Below are positions 1 through 11,971 of a stretch of 24,202 nucleotides of DNA, piece by piece. Below the pieces are notes generated by a model, which saw nothing but the letters and a program-made list of their open reading frames with translations, did no database searches and was not told the DNA's origin. The translations under genes were made by a program, and so were the position numbers. Source of the stretch: Eledone cirrhosa (Eukaryota); assembly GCA_964016885.1 (NCBI GenBank), contig CAXHJY010000897.1, positions 1 to 24,202 of the forward strand. The letters are read 5' to 3'. The stretch's first letter is position 1; the number at the start of each line of letters is the position of its first letter.

Positions 1-1090
1 CTCATACCACCAACGGCCATAACCTTGATAAATTCCGTAAGATTTAATCAATACTTTTGCTAATCTTAACCTTAAAATTACTATAGATACGAACCTTACC
101 AATGCTAACTTTCTTGACATTAACCTTGATCTACTTACCGCCTCTTTTAAACCTTATCATAAACCTAATGAAAATCTTAGGTATATGCACAAAGAGTTTT
201 GCCATCCCCCTTATAGTTTTAAAAAATCTTATTCCCAACATTAGCCGTAGGATTTCTACCTTATCTTCGTCTATAGACATTTTTAATAAAGCCGCCCGTT
301 ATTATAATAAAGCCCTTAAAAACAGCAGTTTTACAGAAAAAAATGATTATTTACCCCCCCCCCCCCCCCAAAAAAAAAAAAAAAAAAAAACTAACCACAA
401 TAATAGGAAAAGGAAAATTATTTGGTTTACACCCCCCTTCCCTCTAACTGTCAAAACTAATGTAGGAAGGAAATTCCTTGAACTCTTAGATAAACATTTT
501 CCTCCTAATCATAGATATTATAAGATATTTAATAGAAATGTAGTTAAGATCAGTTACTCTTGTTGCCCCTCAATGCAGTCCAAGATCACTAATTCAAATC
601 ATACGAGAACAAATCCAGGATGCAGTTGCAGGAAGCCGGATGAATGCCCATTACAGGGCAAATGTAACACCAAATCTGTTGTTTATGAGGCTAAAGTGAC
701 ACCTTTAATCAACAACTAGCCAGCCAGGAGTGAGTGATATGTTGGCATGACCCAGGACAGGTTTAAAACCAGGTTTTATGCACATGTCGCTTCTTTTAAG
801 CACTCCGATAAACGAACAGCAACGGCTTCGCAAGTAAGGTGTGGGAATTCAAGTATAAAAACATCCCGTACTCTATCGATTGGTCAATTTTAGACCATTC
901 GAGGGAGTACCAAAGGGGCACAAAGAATTGTTCTTTGTGTACCACAGAAAAATATAGGATTTTGCTAATATTGAAAGCCACTTCTGCTTGCCTGAACTCA
1001 AAGACCGAGATCTTCAGATGTTGTCCTCATCTGAAACCACATCTGATCTGTAACTGGATTGACATTCCTGTGATAACTCAACCACCTTGA
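1..1090 (+). pseudogene. Penelope-like retroelement (Naiad-type) fragment: RT C-terminus/thumb, Cys-rich linker and GIY-YIG endonuclease, disrupted
   Basis: Manual translation across frames gives LKITIDTNLTNANFLDINLDL..FKPYHKPNENLRY..HPP, a frameshift near 210, then NISRRISTLSS..FNKAARYYNKAL, RKRKIIWFTPPF..GRKFLELLDKHFP..KIFNRNVVKISYSC, CSCRKPDECPLQGKC..VVYEAKV, stops, YVGMTQDRFKTRFYAH, another frameshift, then WSILD..CSLCTTEK..LNSKTEIFRCCPH. Colinear with the 4395-6053 protein. Runs off the left edge of the window. Confidence 0.93.
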
Positions 1091-1360
1091 ACTCCTTCTC
1101 TGCTCTTTACTTCCACTACGGTTATTTTACCTGCTGAATCCACGTTCTGTACTCTTGTATTCTCTTTCTCCCTTATCTCCCCTTATGTTTAAACCTTTTC
1201 CTATGTCATTTATTTCCTCCCTCTTCCCCCCCCCCCCTATTTTTTTGCCTTACCCTTCACATACCAACATTTTTTTTATTTTTAGATATTAATTTTTTTT
1301 GTGTTGCGTATATGTATGTATATGTGTATATATGTATATGTATGTATATATATATATATA

Positions 1361-1975
1361 TTCGAGAGAAGGCTACGTTGGTATGGTCACGTGATACGCA
1401 TGAAGGACGATAGCTGTATAACAAAGTGCAGGGCAATAAAGATAGACGGTAGCCACGGAATAGGCAGACCCAGAAAAACCTGGGACGAGCTGATAAATTC
1501 CGACCTCACACACTTACACCTCACCAAGACAATGTCACTGGACCGAGACCTTTGGCGGTACTCAGTAATAGAGAAGACCCGCCTTACCTAAATACAAAGT
1601 AAAACCTACTACAGTCAGTAGGCATCTCTAACAAAATACACCCCCCCCCCTCCCCCATCCACACCGCCCCTTCCAATGTAAAGTTATGTTGGTGCCACAA
1701 CATCCAGGCCGAAACAAATGAGATCGTGTAGGTGTCACGTCAAAAAAACACACAGTTCACGCTGTAATGTGGCCGTGTAGGCAACACGGTAAAAACCTCC
1801 CAGCCCCACACTGTAAATGTGGTTGGTGTTAGGAAGGGCATCCAGCTGTAAAAAACCCTGCCAGATAGTCCTATGCGAGCAAGATAACCACTCTTGCCTC
1901 AAGTGGGAAAACCCTCCGTCCAAACCCATGCAAGCATGGAACACGGACGTTAAATGATGATGATGATGATGATGA
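1361..1975 (+). mobile_element. 5'-truncated RTE-clade LINE: ORF C-terminus, 3' UTR and (ATG)n tail
   Basis: ERRLRWYGHVIRM...GRPRKTW...DRDLWR (stop at 1591) is the typical RTE ORF C-terminus. It is followed by a UTR containing GTTAGGAAGGGCATCCAGCTGTA...CCCATGCAAGCATGG..CGGACGTTAA and an (ATG)7 tail. Confidence 0.85.
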
Positions 1976-2021
1976 TATATATGTATATATATATGTATGT
2001 ATATATATATATATATGTATG

Positions 2022-2052
<31 letters not shown>

Positions 2053-2411
2053 GTATATATATATGTGTATGTATATGCGTGTGTATATGTATATGTGTAT
2101 GTATATATGTGTGTGTATGTAAGTTTATATCTATCTATATGTATATGTATATATAATCGTATATATTATATATTTCTGTTGTATTTGTGCGCGTGTGTGT
2201 ATATATTTATATGTATGTATGTATGTGTGTATATATGTATGTATATATGTGTATGTATGTATGTGTGTATATATAGATTTAATGTGTGTGTATGGACGTG
2301 TGTATATTTGTGCGTGTTTATGTATTTCTTTTTATATAATGGTTTTGTGTGTATATATATAATAGCCTCAGAAACGGCTTGAGCTCTGCCGTGGGGTCAG
2401 ACTTTTTCCTA

Positions 2412-2452
<41 letters not shown>

Positions 2453-2483
2453 GTAATTGTATGTGTGTGTGTATTTCTGTGGT

Positions 2484-2516
<33 letters not shown>

Positions 2517-2580
2517 ATATATATATATGTGTATATATATGTGTATATGTATATATGTATAAGGGTGTATGTATATGCAT
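1976..2580. repeat. Compound (TA)n/(TG)n/(TATG)n microsatellite tract with short unique islands
   Basis: Directly visible in the sequence. Confidence 0.9.
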
Positions 2581-2640
2581 CATTACATATAGTGATTTAA
2601 TGATTATTTTCATTGATCTTTTGCTCCAGGAACTTGTTGA

Positions 2641-2774
2641 GTTAGGAAGGGCATCCAGCTGTAAAAAACCCGCCAGATAGTCCTATGCGAGCAAGATAAC
2701 CACTCTTGCCTCAAGTGGGAAAACCCTCCGTCCAAACCCATGCAAGCATGGAACACGGACGTTAAATGATGATG
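2641..2774 (+). mobile_element. Second copy of the RTE 3' end (about 134 bp)
   Basis: Near-identical to 1828-1962 (one 1-nt indel seen: accctgcc vs acccgcc); ends in (ATG)3. Confidence 0.9.
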
Positions 2775-2933
2775 CTATAAGCATTTATACCCTTTTCTAA
2801 ATATATATTTTTTATTTATTATTTGTCGTATTCCCAACTTTTTATTTTTATTTTTATATATACAATATTTTTTAATATATTTTTTTATATAAACAATATT
2901 TATTTTATATATATATATAATATTTATGTTCTT

Positions 2934-2963
<30 letters not shown>

Positions 2964-2971
<8 letters not shown>

Positions 2972-3040
2972 TTCATTATATATATTTCAGGGATATCATA
3001 TTAACAATATGTTATGCCTTCCTCAGACAAAATACAATAT
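2964..3040 (-). ncRNA. Type I hammerhead ribozyme at the 3' tip of the PLE (sense to the ORF)
   Basis: Exact reverse complement of 6494-6570: CUGAGGA, stem II, GAAA-UAUAUA-UA and a long stem I. Confidence 0.85.
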
Positions 3041-3469
3041 AGACAGTTTTATAGATAAATAGATTTGACATACCGTTCAACATCGACTTGTATTTGAAAA
3101 AGTTGATTTGGCAGTGAAAAATTGTAAACAGAAAGAAAGAAAGAGAGAAAGAAGGAAAGAAAGAAAGAAAACGAAGAAAAAGAAGAAATGCATGCAACAA
3201 AAGAGAGAGATGGAAAGATAGATAAAGAGAAGAACTTCATGTAAAGAAACAGAGAGAGAGATATATATAGAGAGAGGAAATAGATAGAGATAGATATATA
3301 TAGAGAAAAGTAGGTAGTTGGACATCCGTTGAATGAACGTATCAATGATACATTTATTTATTTATTTTTTTATTTAGCTCTAGTATTAATGTAAGGGAGA
3401 TATATGTGGTTAGGAAAGAAACCAGCCGTTATATAGAGAGAAAAATGAAAAGTAACCAGACATAGGCGA
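2964..3469 (-). repeat. 3' pseudo-LTR (left arm of inverted repeat, 506 bp)
   Basis: Reverse complement of 6055-6570 apart from a few substitutions and microsatellite-length indels. Confidence 0.95.
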
Positions 3470-3875
3470 GGCATAATTTAAAAACCCTATGTTTTAATGT
3501 AGAAATATTAGTACGTATAAAAACCAGGCACTATAATGTAAATATCAGTATTCCAGAATGAGACACGTATCCATAATGTGTGAAAAGTAATGATCTTATG
3601 TTTAGTTTTAAAAATTCATATGTTTATATGATAACTACAAACATCGATGTGAATTTACGTGATCAACTCTGCAAACCCCTATTTCACACGGAGAACATTC
3701 TCACTGTGCTATAAAAATTTAAGTATACATATATGTGTATATATATACACATATATATAGAGTCTATATTAATTTTAACAATACTATTCTTGTCTTTACT
3801 CTACATGATTATCAATCAAGCAGAAATAGAGAACAGATTTCAATATATTAATAAAAAATATCAGAAACAAAAACA

Positions 3876-3923
<48 letters not shown>

Positions 3924-4394
3924 TAATAAAATAAAATAGAAAACTAAAAATATTACATATTAAAAATAAAAATATTAGAAAATATTACAATAATAAAAAT
4001 AAAAAACATAATAGAAACATAATATGCCACGCAGATCGACCACAAAGATCAACCCTTCAAAATTAATTGACAATATATTGCCAAGTTCATTATAAGCATC
4101 AGAGTCGAAAACAGATAAAGCTAAAAATTATTTATCAAATCGCGTCTAGCAAAAATCATTTCAAAAAGTTTAGGATGCCCATTTGGTCTACATGTGTTCT
4201 TATATTTAATATAGAAGTTTATCTAGTGTAACGTTTATTCGAAATATTTGGAGCATCAACTTTTAGGGTAGTTTAATTTTTCATGAAGAATGTTTAAATA
4301 AAAATAAAAATAAAAATAAAAAGAAGAATAAAAATAAGAAATCGAAAGATTTATCGGCTAGTTTCCCAAATAATTATAAATCAAACTAAATATA

Positions 4395-6053
4395 CTACAT
4401 TTTAAATTTAAATTTATATTTAAAAGTTGAGTTTAATCTATGTTTGCAGCAACTGAATAAATTTGTCCGTAGATTAAGGGAATTTTTAGATTTTAGTATA
4501 AAGAATATCTCCTCTGCGCAGAGGTCACATGTCTCAGAGGATGAATTAAAAGGAATCCCTCTTGAGACTATATTCCAAGCCGTCGAATATCTAACGTTAT
4601 CTTGCCTAAGTTGCCAGAGTACGCCTGATAGTGCTGTTGAAGATTTTTTGCTTGGATCTGTGAAAGAATTCTTGTGGTTATTATAGCGAAGTTTAAATTC
4701 CGTCGATGTGGAACCGACGTAGTTAAAAGAATTAGAGTCAGTTTTAACATTACAATTGTATATTATATTTTTAACTAAGCAGTTGTTATTTAACGGACAT
4801 TTAGATCTATCTCTACAGTTACATTTGTTAACTTGTATATTATTTATGCTATTATCGCTAGGTTTTAAGTTCCTATTATTTATTCTATTAATATTTTGTG
4901 CTAAATTTTTGGTGGATGAGTAGGTTAATTTTATAGTATGTCTATTGAAAATTGAGTGATACCTATGTGTTCTAGGGAAGCGATTATCAAGAGCTTTAAA
5001 AAATAGTTTAGCGATGTGGGTTTTAATGTTTAGTGAGAAGGGGGGGGGGGCAAACCATATTATGTTCCTAGTTCTATTTCTTTTTTGGCTTTTGGAATTA
5101 TTGTAATGCTTTCTATTATAGTTGTTAAGGTTGTTGCCGTAATTAAAATAGTTGTTATTTTGTTTAGTTTGTCTATCATTATCTATGTACATAATCTTAT
5201 CACTATATCCTGCTCTAGCTAACGCTTCATTGTAGTACTGGGCTTTTTCGTCGAAAATCTTTCTATTAGACGAGATTCTAGAGATACGTTTTTGAACAGA
5301 GTTTACTATAGTGTTTTTGACAGATCTGGGGTGGTTAGAGTTAAAGCTGACATAGTTTAAGTTTTCATTCAACTTGTGAAAAGGATAGTGAAGACATGTG
5401 TTGAGATTTAATGTTATATCTAGGAAATTGACTATTCTATGGTTGTTCTCAATTTCTATTTTAAGATTAAAGTAATTAAAAAATTGTGTAATTTGTTTTC
5501 TTTTTCTATTTAGTTCAGAGTTATTATTATCAATAAGTAAAAGCATGTCATCTCTATATAAACCTCCGGTAGTACCAGGTATTTTCCTATGTAGCGAATT
5601 GATTAAAAATAAGCCCACAAGGTCAGTTACCTGAGCTGAGTCGGATGATCCCATAGTAATGTCAAAATTGCTATCTCTATCTGCTCTGGTCCATAGTTGG
5701 TCATTAAATTCTATCAATGTTTTCCTAGCCGATAATATAATGTGCATTTCATTGCTAGTTAGGTCTGTATGTTTGAATGCGTAATTTAGTGCCTTATTTA
5801 GTAGATTAGGGGTAATAGAAGAATAATAGTTAGCAATATCAAGTTGAATAAACTTATTATTATTGTTATATTTAATTTGCTTAAACTACTCAACAACCTC
5901 TCCAGTTCCCTTCCACAAGCTCAGGTTAGGTAAACAATCCAAGTTCTTAATTTGCTGTATCACCCTGTCAAGAATGTTTTTGCTTAATTTGCCCAGGTCC
6001 GATTTTGATGGTGCGATCAATCTAACTGGCAAGTCATTTTCAAAATTCCTTTT
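4395..6053 (-). pseudogene. PLE reverse transcriptase + GIY-YIG endonuclease (Naiad-type); 5'-truncated, one premature stop
   Basis: The 450-aa ORF extends upstream in frame: KRNFENDLPVRLIAPSKSDLGKLSKNILDRVI..LWKGTGEVVE*FKQI..FIQLDIANYYSSITPNLLNKALNYA. RT motifs: LDIANYYSSI, FDITMGSSDSAQVTDLVGL, GLYRDD, VNFLDITL. Linker CNCRDRSKCPLNNNC. Nuclease NIIY..YVGST..FKLRYNNH..CDLCAEE..LN..CCKH. TAG at 5886-5888. Confidence 0.95.
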
Positions 6054-6054
6054 G

Positions 6055-6570
6055 TCGCCTATGTCTGGTTACTTTTCATTTTTCTCTCTATATAACGGCT
6101 GGTTTCTTTCCTAACCACATATATCTCCCTTACATTAATACTAGAGCTAAATAAAAAAATAAATAAATAAATGTATCATTGATACGTCATTCAACGGATG
6201 TTCAACTACCTACTTTTCTCTATATATATCTATCTCTATCTATTTCCTCTCTCTCTCTATATATATCTCTCTCTGTTTCTTTACATGAAGTTCTTCTCTT
6301 TATCTATCTTTCCATCTCTCTATTTTGTTGCATGCATTTCTTCTTTTTCTTCTTTTTCTTCGTTTTCTTTCTTTCTTTCCTTCTTTCTCTCTTTCTTTCT
6401 TTCTGTTTACAATTTTTCACTGCCAAATCAACTTTTTCAAATACAAGTCGATGTTGAACGGTATGTCAAATCTATTTATCTATAAAACTGTCTATATTGT
6501 ATTTTGTCTGAGGAAGGCATAACATATTGTTAATATGATATCCCTGAAATATATATAATGAAATAAATAT
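6055..6570 (+). repeat. Inverted pseudo-LTR (right arm, 516 bp)
   Basis: Reverse complement of 2964-3469; abuts the truncation point of the RT frame at 6054. Confidence 0.95.
6494..6570 (+). ncRNA. Type I hammerhead ribozyme in the inverted pseudo-LTR
   Basis: Stem I 5' strand ATATTGTATTTTGT; CTGAGGA (6508-6514); stem II AGG-c-ATA-a-CATATT-gtt-AATATG-a-TAT-c-CCT; GAAA (6546-6549); palindromic TATATA; TA; predicted cleavage after 6557; stem I 3' strand ATGAAATAAATAT (13 pairs including 2 G-U, one bulged G). Confidence 0.85.
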
Positions 6571-6696
6571 GGTTTTATAAATATAGTTTCCATTTATTTA
6601 ATATCGTAAATATACTCCAAATACTTGTTGAGTGCTTTTATATCAGTTATAAATATTTACTAGTTGTAACCCAACAATTTAAATATAACTTTCCAT

Positions 6697-6844
6697 GTAT
6701 ATATATATATATATTTTAGAGTTAAGTAAGGTTCATATGAATTATCTAAGAATGAGTTTTACACACATATATATCTGTGTTTGTATTTGTATGTATGTGT
6801 TTGTGATATGTATGTATCTGTATATTTGTATGGTTATGTATGTA

Positions 6845-6893
<49 letters not shown>

Positions 6894-7295
6894 ATATATG
6901 TATATGTGTGTGTGTATGTAATTGTGTATGCGTATGTATGTGTTTATGTATTTGTATATGTATATTTATGTGTGAGAGTGTGTGTATGTATTTATTTTTA
7001 CGTATGTATGTGTACGTGAATTTGTGTGTATTGCTTACCACGTGCGTTTGTTCATTTATTTGTTGCCTGTATCGCTGTCAACATTATAATAGTCTTTATA
7101 TTCATTTTTATTTTTTATTATTATATATTTTTTCTTATATTTATTTGTGTGTGTGAGTATGTAGAGGTGTGTGTATATATTTCTATTTTTGTGCATGCGT
7201 ATGTATGCGTGTATATATGTGTGTATGTATGTGTATGTATGTACGCGTGTATATACGTATGATTGTGTATGTGTATGTATATGTGTATGTATATG

Positions 7296-7341
<46 letters not shown>

Positions 7342-7540
7342 GTTGTATATATGTATGTGTATGTATGGATATGTTGATACTTATGTGTGTATGTATGTAT
7401 GTGTATATGTATGTGTATGTATATATATATATACACATATATATGTGTGTGTATATGTGTGTGTATGTATGTGTGTATGTATATATATATATGTGTATGT
7501 ATATAATTGTGTGTGTGTGTTTGTGTTTGCATGTGTGTTT
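6697..7540. repeat. Degenerate (TA)n/(TG)n/(TATG)n tract
   Basis: Directly visible in the sequence. Confidence 0.9.
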
Positions 7541-7570
7541 GTAAAATCCAACGTCAATAAATACACCAGG

Positions 7571-7638
7571 ATTTTTTCATTCTGATGATTGAAAGAAAAT
7601 TTTTTTGCTTTTAAGAAACTACTGGTAAATGAAATAAT
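7571..7638 (+). ncRNA. Type I hammerhead ribozyme in a short unique island
   Basis: ATTTTTTCATT-CTGATGA(7582-7588)-TTGAAAG..CTTTTAA (7-bp stem II)-GAAA(7615-7618)-CTACTGG-TA, cleavage after GUA at 7627, then AATGAAATAAT pairing 10 of 11 with the 5' strand. Confidence 0.85.
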
Positions 7639-7663
7639 TGCCTTATGTTGTTTATTACATAAT

Positions 7664-8637
<974 letters not shown>

Positions 8638-8723
8638 ATATATATGTATATATAAAGAAAAAAAGATGAAATCGAAAATGCAAGTGGAGTCTTATTTTAA
8701 AAAAATATATATATTTATTTGGT

Positions 8724-8761
8724 TCCTTTACCGGTTTCGCAGTTCTTCTGCTTTTCAAAAG
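8724..8761 (-). ncRNA. Variant or degenerate minimal hammerhead (U3/A8 core)
   Basis: Minus strand reads CTT-TTGAAAA-GCAG-aagaa-CTGC-GAAA-CCGG-TA/AAG. Stem II and palindromic stem III are intact; the core is UUGAAAA rather than CUGANGA; stem I has only about 3 bp. Confidence 0.45.
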
Positions 8762-9034
8762 CAGAGTTGAGATTGAGGGTCTGTGGTTTCTCTCACATCT
8801 GGCTGGTCTTTGAATGTTACTTGTTTTATATGGAAAAACGTGGCTCGAAACGCCAGGTTTTTAGAGAAGTAATTTGATTGGTTGGTCAATAAGTATAATA
8901 AATTTCGCCCCAGTTCGCGTTACAAAGTTCTTCAAACGGGAGGGGGGGGGGAGGGGCTTTTAAAAAATATATATTAAATTTATATTATAATTCTGCTTGT
9001 GTTTCGTCCATTCGTAATGTACATTACGCTTTAG

Positions 9035-9110
9035 TTACATAAACACACAGATCTACTGAGTTACATACACACACATCTGCTGAGTTACATACACACACAT
9101 CTACTGAGTT
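9035..9110. repeat. Short tandem repeat, about 3 copies of ~24-bp TTACATACACACACATCTACTGAG
   Basis: Directly visible; copies are imperfect. Confidence 0.8.
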
Positions 9111-9239
9111 CCATGGCTTAACAATTTTAGCAGAAAGTCAAATATTTTCGAAGAAGAATTTTAGCAGAAAGTCACGACCTGGGTTAAAGATAGTAATCAC
9201 TACTTGGATTTAAAACACTTTATTATTTAGCAGTAAATT

Positions 9240-9450
9240 AAGCTTCTGGGACCCCGGCTAGAGTTGCATTCCTTCAGAGTGTACCGGTAAAAAGCTTAAA
9301 AAGCATGTTTATCTATTTCGCCGAGACCGGCAACGTAGCCTATCCCCCTCTCCACAAAGAAGAGATCTATTATATTCATAGGGATATTTTCACATGGTAG
9401 ATTTGAAGTTGTATCCCGGGAGAGTTCAGTACCTTAACCACTATGCGATT
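9240..9450 (-). mobile_element. Possible old tRNA-derived SINE
   Basis: Minus strand begins GCATAGTGGTTAAGGTACTGAACT (A-box-like) with CTTCAAATC (B-box-like) at tRNA-like spacing. The 3' boundary is uncertain. Confidence 0.4.
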
Positions 9451-9699
9451 TTCCGCGAAGTATTTCTCCAAAATCGAAGGACTGTATGTTTGGCATCCTC
9501 CCGTTTAGCATACAGCAAACGAAAGGTCATACGAGTTCGTTCGATACAAGATAGTAGATTGATAAAATAACATGACTACACGATATCGTTCAATTACAGA
9601 TCTTTATGATTGATTCACATCTGCTATTGAACTGCAGATTTCTCTATAACTTCTCCCTTTTCGCATCACTCTCCTTTACATCGTTTCTTCCTTCACACG

Positions 9700-10102
9700 C
9701 ATACATGTATGTGTATGTATGTATGTAAGTATGTATGTATGCTTGTATGTACGTGTGTGTGTATGTGTGCATATGTATGTATATATGTATATATTAATAT
9801 ATATATATATAAATGCATATATAAATGTAAATATAAACACATTTATATATGTATGTGAGTATAAGACACACATACACACACACACACACATATATATATA
9901 TAAGTATATGTGTATATATATATGTGTATATATATGTGTGTATATATATGTGTGTGTATATGTGTGTGTATATATATGTGTATATATATATATGTGTGTA
10001 TATATATATATGTGTGTGTATATATATATATATATATATGTATATATGTGTGTGTATATATATATATGTGTATATATATATATGTGTATATATGTGTGTG
10101 TG

Positions 10103-10145
<43 letters not shown>
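9700..10145. repeat. (TA)n/(TG)n compound microsatellite
   Basis: Directly visible in the sequence. Confidence 0.9.
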
Positions 10146-10357
10146 TATACACAGGGTGCTTGTCTGTTTAAATTTTTTCCCCAACCTACAAAACAGTGGT
10201 AGGTATTGGTTGGTTAAAAGAATAAATTACGTTTGATGGCATATGCCATGTTTTTTTCATGAAAGCTTTTTTAGTAAGATTATCGGAAAACTATACTCAA
10301 GCAAACACGAACGAGTAGATAGTCGGAAACCTATTATCTAACTGAGTATATATGTAA

Positions 10358-10406
<49 letters not shown>

Positions 10407-10476
10407 CACACACACACATATATATATATACGTAGCACACACACACACATATATATAAGTCCATATTCCATATACG

Positions 10477-10530
<54 letters not shown>

Positions 10531-10533
<3 letters not shown>

Positions 10534-10931
10534 TGGCTGCCAACTCGTTTTCGAGTACGGCCACTACTTTATATCCATGTAGGAGAACCCCTACCGATGC
10601 GCTGAACGAGTGTGACTTTTTAGTCCAGCCAGCGACTTGAAAACTCTGGTACAAACACTACACTTGTGACAATTATTGACACATAGTGCTGGGCCCATGG
10701 TACCATGTGACGACAAGTGCAGAGAGATCTCCAGATATAAAGCAATGCCTGTGCCGTGAAGCTTTTATAGTTAGCAAAGGCACTGCACAAATCCAGTCCC
10801 ACTCTCTTAACCAAGATGATATTTACCAAAAAGAAGAACAAAGTCAACATCATTGGATACCATCAGAGTTGCAGGTGTTATATCAGAGTTTTCCTTCTCC
10901 TAGAATTCTGCCTTGACAAAGGCTAAGGGGT

Positions 10932-10932
<1 letters not shown>
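10531..10932 (-). mobile_element. Short, probably bipartite RTE-derived element with a terminal C2H2 zinc-finger remnant
   Basis: Minus strand starts with TTAGCCTTTGTCAAGGCAGAATTCTAGGAGAAGGAAAACTCTGA, resembling a motif I recall from RTE 5' regions. It ends with CSVCTRVFKSLAGLKSHTRSAHR* (10662->10591), then a stem-loop ACTCG-AAAA-CGAGT and a (TA)n tail. Confidence 0.6.
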
Positions 10933-11009
<77 letters not shown>

Positions 11010-11156
11010 AAGTTTATATATATATATATATGTATATAAAGTTCATATATATATATATATAAAGTTCATATGTATATATATATATATATAAAGTTCATAT
11101 ATATATATATATATATATAAAGTTCATATGTATATATATATATATATATAAAGTTC

Positions 11157-11205
<49 letters not shown>

Positions 11206-11211
11206 AAGTTC

Positions 11212-11258
<47 letters not shown>

Positions 11259-11292
11259 TTATATGTATATATATATATATAAAGTTTATATA

Positions 11293-11340
<48 letters not shown>

Positions 11341-11410
11341 TTATATGTATATATATATGTTTATATGTATATATATATATATATAAAGTTTATATGTATA
11401 TATATATGTA

Positions 11411-11448
<38 letters not shown>

Positions 11449-11461
11449 TTATATGTATATA

Positions 11462-11501
<40 letters not shown>

Positions 11502-11536
11502 TTATATGTATATGTATATATATATATATATAAAGT

Positions 11537-11569
<33 letters not shown>

Positions 11570-11570
11570 A

Positions 11571-11608
<38 letters not shown>

Positions 11609-11634
11609 TTATATGTATATATATATATATATAA

Positions 11635-11698
<64 letters not shown>

Positions 11699-11735
11699 AA
11701 GTTTATATATATATATATATATTTATATATAAAGT

Positions 11736-11784
<49 letters not shown>

Positions 11785-11882
11785 AAGTTTATATGTATAT
11801 ATATTTATATATAAAGTTTATATGTATATATATATATATTTATATATAAAGTTTATATGTATATATATATATTTATATATAA

Positions 11883-11914
<32 letters not shown>

Positions 11915-11919
11915 AGTTC

Positions 11920-11967
<48 letters not shown>
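10933..11967. repeat. (CA)n followed by a ~960-bp array of AAAGTT(T/C)ATATG units separated by variable (TA)n
   Basis: Directly visible in the sequence. Confidence 0.92.

Positions 11968-11971
<4 letters not shown>

Larger units (their letters stand above)
2964..6570 (-). mobile_element. Penelope-like element, 5'-truncated, with inverted pseudo-LTRs
   Basis: RT-EN frame at 6053->4395, a long 3' region, and arms 2964-3469 and 6055-6570 that are reverse complements. An inverted copy of the 3' end joined to a 5'-truncated ORF is an established PLE insertion structure. Confidence 0.93.

Noticed and set aside
700-760. In-frame TGA before YVG in the first PLE as possible selenocysteine (some Naiad elements encode selenoproteins)
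   Set aside because: It is not at a conserved Cys position, lies next to a TAG and frameshifts, and the conserved cysteines of both PLEs are ordinary Cys codons. I identified no SECIS.
2362-2410. GAAACGGC..GCCGT hairpin resembling the 3' half of a hammerhead
   Set aside because: No CUGANGA upstream, and the would-be cleavage nucleotide is G.
10147-10360. CAGGGTG start resembling a Tc1/mariner terminus, plus a TATACTCA..TGAGTATA hairpin
   Set aside because: No matching opposite terminus found; too short to call.
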